Shown here one piece after another: positions 54,083-54,940 of a stretch of 54,940 bases of DNA; within the stretch, counting starts at the first letter, position 1, and each line of letters opens with the position of its first letter. A program made the position numbers and the translations under genes. This stretch comes from a virus (Duplodnaviria; Caudoviricetes). The notes beneath the pieces were generated by a model that was not told the DNA's origin, ran no database searches, and was given only the letters and a program-made list of their open reading frames with translations. The DNA is taken from positions 1 through 54,940 of the IMG/VR virus record IMGVR_UViG_3300049846_002234, one strand, 5' to 3'.

Positions 54083-54787
54083 TTATGCCGTCGGCGCCGG
54101 CTTCTGGCTGACGCGGCGGTACCGCACCAGGTTCTCGTTGGCGAAGAGGGTGGCGCCGCAGGTGCAGGACAGGCGGGCGTCGTACTTCCCTTCCTGGTTC
54201 TTGTCCACGTCCTTCTCGTAGTAGCGGGCGCCGCATCCCACGATCCGATCGCGGCCCTCCTCGCCGTTCATCTCCACGAGCTGGCCGCCGTCGCCCTCGA
54301 CACGGATGGGCTTCTGGTCGTTGCAGTTCCAGGAGAGCTCCACGTCGGCACCGAACCACTCGCCGCCGTGCTTGAGGAGCACCTCGCCGTAGAGGGGCTG
54401 CGTCTTGGGCAGCGCCTGCTCGCCGAGTGCGAAGAGGAGGTAGTCGAAGTCGCTCGCCGACTTGGCGTTGAGGTCGTCCTTCTTGCCGCGCTTGCGCGCC
54501 CGGGCGCTCACCCGGTTGCCGTGCGGGCGGCCGATGTTGCCGGCGTTCTCGGGGGGCGCCTGCACCACGGTGAGGGCGGCGGCGTCGCGGAACACCACCA
54601 CAAGGTTCCCGTCCTTGTCGTTGTCGAACGCTTCCCGCATGTTGTTGGTGCTCGGGAGCTGGAACACGTACGACCCCGGCTGCAGCATCGGGGGACGGCT
54701 GCCCATCTGCGCCGGCAGTTCCGACAGATCCTTCACTTCGTGCTTGATCACGTCCTTGGACAGGTTGAGTTCGCTGAGCTTCGCCAT
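54083..54787 (-). CDS. Replication-module protein, possibly ssDNA-binding, with C-terminal Zn ligands
   Basis: PGSYVFQLP start, C..CGARYY..CTCGA; AGGAG RBS; strong codon bias; function inferred from position. Confidence 0.55.
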   Translation of the reverse strand: MAKLSELNLSKDVIKHEVKDLSELPAQMGSRPPMLQPGSYVFQLPSTNNMREAFDNDKDGNLVVVFRDAAALTVVQAPPENAGNIGRPHGNRVSARARKRGKKDDLNAKSASDFDYLLFALGEQALPKTQPLYGEVLLKHGGEWFGADVELSWNCNDQKPIRVEGDGGQLVEMNGEEGRDRIVGCGARYYEKDVDKNQEGKYDARLSCTCGATLFANENLVRYRRVSQKPAPTA

Positions 54788-54850
54788 GTGAATCGGTCTC
54801 CTGGAAACGCAGAACAGATGAACGAGCGTCGTCGGGGCGTCTCAGCCCGA

Positions 54851-54940
54851 CTACGCCTGGGGCGCCGACGGCCGGCGCACCGGCGGCATCGGACGAGCGG
54901 TACCGGGCTTGACGCCCGGGGGTGCCGGCCAGGCGGGACG
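54851..54940 (-). CDS. Partial CDS (Pro-rich C-terminus) running off the window
   Basis: Open frame RPAWPAPPGVKPG...PQA* ending in TAG at 54851-54853. Confidence 0.45.
   Translation of the reverse strand, partial: RPAWPAPPGVKPGTARPMPPVRRPSAPQA

Larger units (their letters stand above)
1..54940. mobile_element. Tailed dsDNA bacteriophage genome segment (podovirus-like organisation)
   Basis: Terminase, portal, scaffold, capsid, adaptor, nozzle and ejection genes on +, converging on a replication module on -; no tape measure or sheath gene; no host housekeeping genes. Confidence 0.95.

Noticed and set aside
1-54940. Genome-wide stop-codon reassignment
   Set aside because: TAG, TGA and TAA all end well-defined genes; only one suspicious in-frame TAG (46126)
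1-54940. CRISPR array, tRNA, integrase/att site, DGR reverse transcriptase
   Set aside because: No regularly spaced repeats, cloverleaf or relevant protein motifs seen by eye

Overview
A GC-rich (roughly two-thirds G+C by eye) tailed dsDNA phage genome segment, probably most of a ~55+ kb podovirus-like genome. The + strand (1-44134) carries a probable terminus/pac region, TerS-like gene, lysis genes (holin-like, GH108 endolysin), a fascin+glycoside hydrolase protein, a terminase large subunit split into ATPase and nuclease genes, portal, scaffold, major capsid protein, adaptors, fibre-like proteins, a nozzle and ejection proteins (the largest 2379 aa with a JAB domain). The - strand (44189-54940) carries the replication module: PIF1-like helicase, DNA methyltransferase, and a UDG-fused family A polymerase split in two around NADAR, HNH and small genes. 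No tape measure, sheath, integrase, tRNA or CRISPR array was recognised. Most notable: (i) three fibre/appendage-like proteins carry Sec-type signal peptides with Gln at +1 and paired cysteines, suggesting export and extracytoplasmic folding; (ii) both TerL and the polymerase are split at domain linkers, TerL around an unannotated 47-aa basic ORF; (iii) a hidden paralog lies in frame behind an amber stop. All family calls come from motif recognition by eye, with no database search.
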